In this document: positions 61,258 through 64,000 of the stretch, one piece after another
Layout: each line of letters begins with the position of its first letter
Position numbering within the stretch: position 1 is the first letter of the stretch
Program-made: the position numbers and the translations under genes
NCBI RefSeq assembly: GCF_002113885.1
Contig: NW_018404550.1
Span: 1,686 to 65,685, forward strand
Source: Mizuhopecten yessoensis
Lineage: Eukaryota
Reading direction: 5' to 3'
DNA length: 64,000 nt
Notes under the pieces: generated by a model
What the model was told of the DNA's origin: nothing
Seen by the model: the letters and a program-made list of their open reading frames with translations, nothing else
Databases searched by the model: none

Positions 61258-62997
61258 TAGGTGGTACATTTAAGACATGCACAATATCATTTTCTTCGAC
61301 ATTACTTCTCGAGCGCTCGACTTAATATTTCGGGCGCTTACTTAGACTTTACGTATGAATCGCTTCATAATAGTATTGTATTGAAATCGTGATAGCTGAG
61401 CAGATGTACGGAAACGTAAATGGACCTCTCCTTCGTTTAGATATCCAAGATATAGATGGTCAATATAATTTTTGAGACAAAGGGAAAGGGACTGGTCGTA
61501 ATTGTACCGAATGTCTTGTTAGTTCTATCATTTAAAACCTGGTGGTTTGTGGGACTTAATACTATTTCTTCTTTTTATTCTCAAACAATTATGATTGATT
61601 CACCATATTTTCCTTCTTGTTGCATCTTTGATGAATCTATTTGTTTATGATAAAAATGTTTTCATGAGAGGAAATTGCTTAATTGTAAAAACTTTTGTAA
61701 AATTCATTTCTATTCTGACATGCATTTAAATTTATTTAAATTTTGAAAAAAAAAACCATTGACACAATGCCCCTTTCCGACTATAGAAAGGAAATCATGT
61801 CTAGATAAAAAAAATCAACGTCCATGCGCAACGAAACCAGAAGGTCAGAATACAACGTCGAGGGCCGGGATATAACACTGAGGGAGCAAGAACACGACGT
61901 CAAGGGAGAAAGATAGTGATGCTCGGTTGCCGTCGTATTGGGGCGTTGTTGCTTTACCAATACCTTATTATAGGTCGAGAGAGGTCGATTACGAGATTTG
62001 CTATTTTGCACTAGCTGGCAGTCATACATAAGTGAACATGGTCGAAATTTGTACCACAATGTGAAATGAAAGCCTATGTAATAATGTTCCCCTTAGTAAT
62101 CATATATTAGAATGATAGGTTCTTTGGCGGACTATTTTACGTTGTTATTGAAATTAAAAAAACCTGTCGAATACTGACACCTTCATTGCAGTCGAAGTCT
62201 TAAACAAACTTTTGTCTATGATGCTTTGATCACGAATAATAGATGTTTTGACAGAAATGAAGGGTAAGACACATTTGTAATTTGACGGTAGAGTAGCTGG
62301 ATAGTGTTGAGCATCAGTTGAAAACGGCAAGTTTTTGTCTTTTTTTTTTCGTTTTGTTTGGACTGATTATCGAGTTATATCCTCAAGTTGTCGCTGGGTT
62401 CTGTAGGTATACATTTCACATAATGAAATATTATCTACCCAAGTCATTATGTCCGTTGCAAGTTAGAAGTATTCCCCATAAAACTTAGATACGTTGCCCG
62501 ACGGAATCGACTTTACTGGTAGTGCCTGATATGATACATTTAATATGATCCCCTTTTGATTATCATATCATATCATATATATTTACCATCGTATGGCATT
62601 TCTACTAAATAACCCTAACACATTCAGTGACCGATTGTTGACTTCATCATTATTATGACGTCATAATTGTTACGTTGGATACAACATTTTATGCACAGAT
62701 ACGTTTTCTCAAGACGTCAGACTAAATTCCAAATATTTGATTAAAACACCAATTCGCATTATAAAAATAATATTACCCTCGTACAGATTTTAGAAAATTG
62801 ATATGTATGAAGTTTCGAAATGTATTATGTACCCGTTTGCGCTGTTCTTATTCGTGCGCACAATTCTAATCTGTTATGTACAATGTAGATAGGTTGGATG
62901 GCGAGATAATAAGTCGAGCGCTTGACATAATAAGTCGAGCGCACGAGATAATTAATGTAGACATTAATATTGTGCATGTCCTAAATGTACCCCCGTA
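61258..62997. mobile_element. Pair of ~85-bp inverted termini bracketing ~1.6 kb (non-autonomous DNA element, or two inverted MITE halves)
   Basis: GGTACATTTAAGACATGCACAATAT...CTCGAGCGCTCGACTTA at ~61263-61345 versus its reverse complement at ~62900-62992. Confidence 0.65.
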
Positions 62998-63739
62998 CTA
63001 CGGGATATCCATCCCGATATCTCTAAACACAATCAATGAGTGTAATATTCTTAGTGATCGGAACTCAATGCAACCTTCACAAATAAATGTATGCATACAT
63101 GTATGTGACATTACATATATTTTACAACGATTGTGTGACTACATTGCAATTAAAAAGATCAAGACCCTTAAATTCGCACTGGCATTCGGAGTTTCGATTT
63201 CATTTGATGAGATTGTAAAATAATACAATCATTGGCTATCGATAGGGCTAAATCGTGGACGTATCCAGCGCACTGAAACCGATATAACAGGAAAGTAATT
63301 AATTTGTGCAGATACCTTATTACCAAAAATCACTTTGAAAATATCTCAGTTTTTGGTCTGGACAAAAACTTGTACAGCTTAATGTATATGACACCAGTAA
63401 AATAAAATATAACAAAGGAATTACTCAGGCGGACAGATCATAAAGCTTCCCAGTTTAAACCTGTATGTAGATATGTAAGAAGTGGAATAGCTTGAAACAG
63501 AGACACATTCACAGCGAATTTGTTATGAACTTTTAAATACTATAATATTTACATTTCGATTGCATATATATAATGATAACGAATGACATTGAATTTTATT
63601 AACTGAAAAGGGAACAATTTCTAACTCAGATATTAAAGAGCATACTATACGCTAAAATTAAAAATACACTTTTAAATTTTGTTATTCTGTAATTTTTAAA
63701 CCAGGTGAAACTCTCCATATGTCTATACATGCAGCATGT

Positions 63740-64000
63740 CTCAAATGCTCCAATATGTAGCGTGTGACACGTGTCACACAGTGTATACGCCATAAATACA
63801 TGTATATGTCATACCTTACACGTGTCACACAACCCTTACACCATAAATACATGAATATGTCATACCTTACACGTGTCACACAGTCCATACACCATAAATC
63901 GTGTATATGTCATACCTTACACGTGTCACACAGTCTACACACCATAAATACATGCATATGTCATTACTTGCACGTGTCACAAAGCCCATACACCATAAAT
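63740..64000. repeat. ~51-bp tandem repeat running off the window end
   Basis: CACCATAAATACATGTATATGTCATACCTTACACGTGTCACACAGTCCATA units. Confidence 0.9.

Overview
AT-rich eukaryotic DNA, not prokaryotic: it has GT-AG introns, satellites, LINEs and Tc1/MULE transposons. The repeat content looks invertebrate, probably bivalve mollusc (inference). The main feature is a tandem cluster of three + strand, single-coding-exon cGAS/Mab-21-type nucleotidyltransferase genes (cGAS-like receptors, cGLRs) at ~13.4, 24.3 and 29.7 kb, plus a deleted pseudogene copy of the third at ~52.5 kb. These proteins are atypical. They carry a ~125-190 aa insertion inside the NTase lobe and a shared helical C-terminal extension, lack the zinc ribbon, and have altered nucleotide-pocket residues. 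Copy 1 has Arg at the third catalytic Asp position (likely pseudoenzyme), and copies 2 and 3 share a sharply bounded 335-bp gene-conversion-like tract. Downstream lies a three-coding-exon TMEM26 homologue with a 15-aa N-glycosylation-rich tandem repeat. Other notable items: a 250-bp palindrome made of two Penelope-type minimal hammerhead-ribozyme-like motifs, two short upstream sequences copied exactly into an intronic satellite, and nested MULE/Tc1/CR1 remnants. All alignments and counts were done by eye and no database searches were run.
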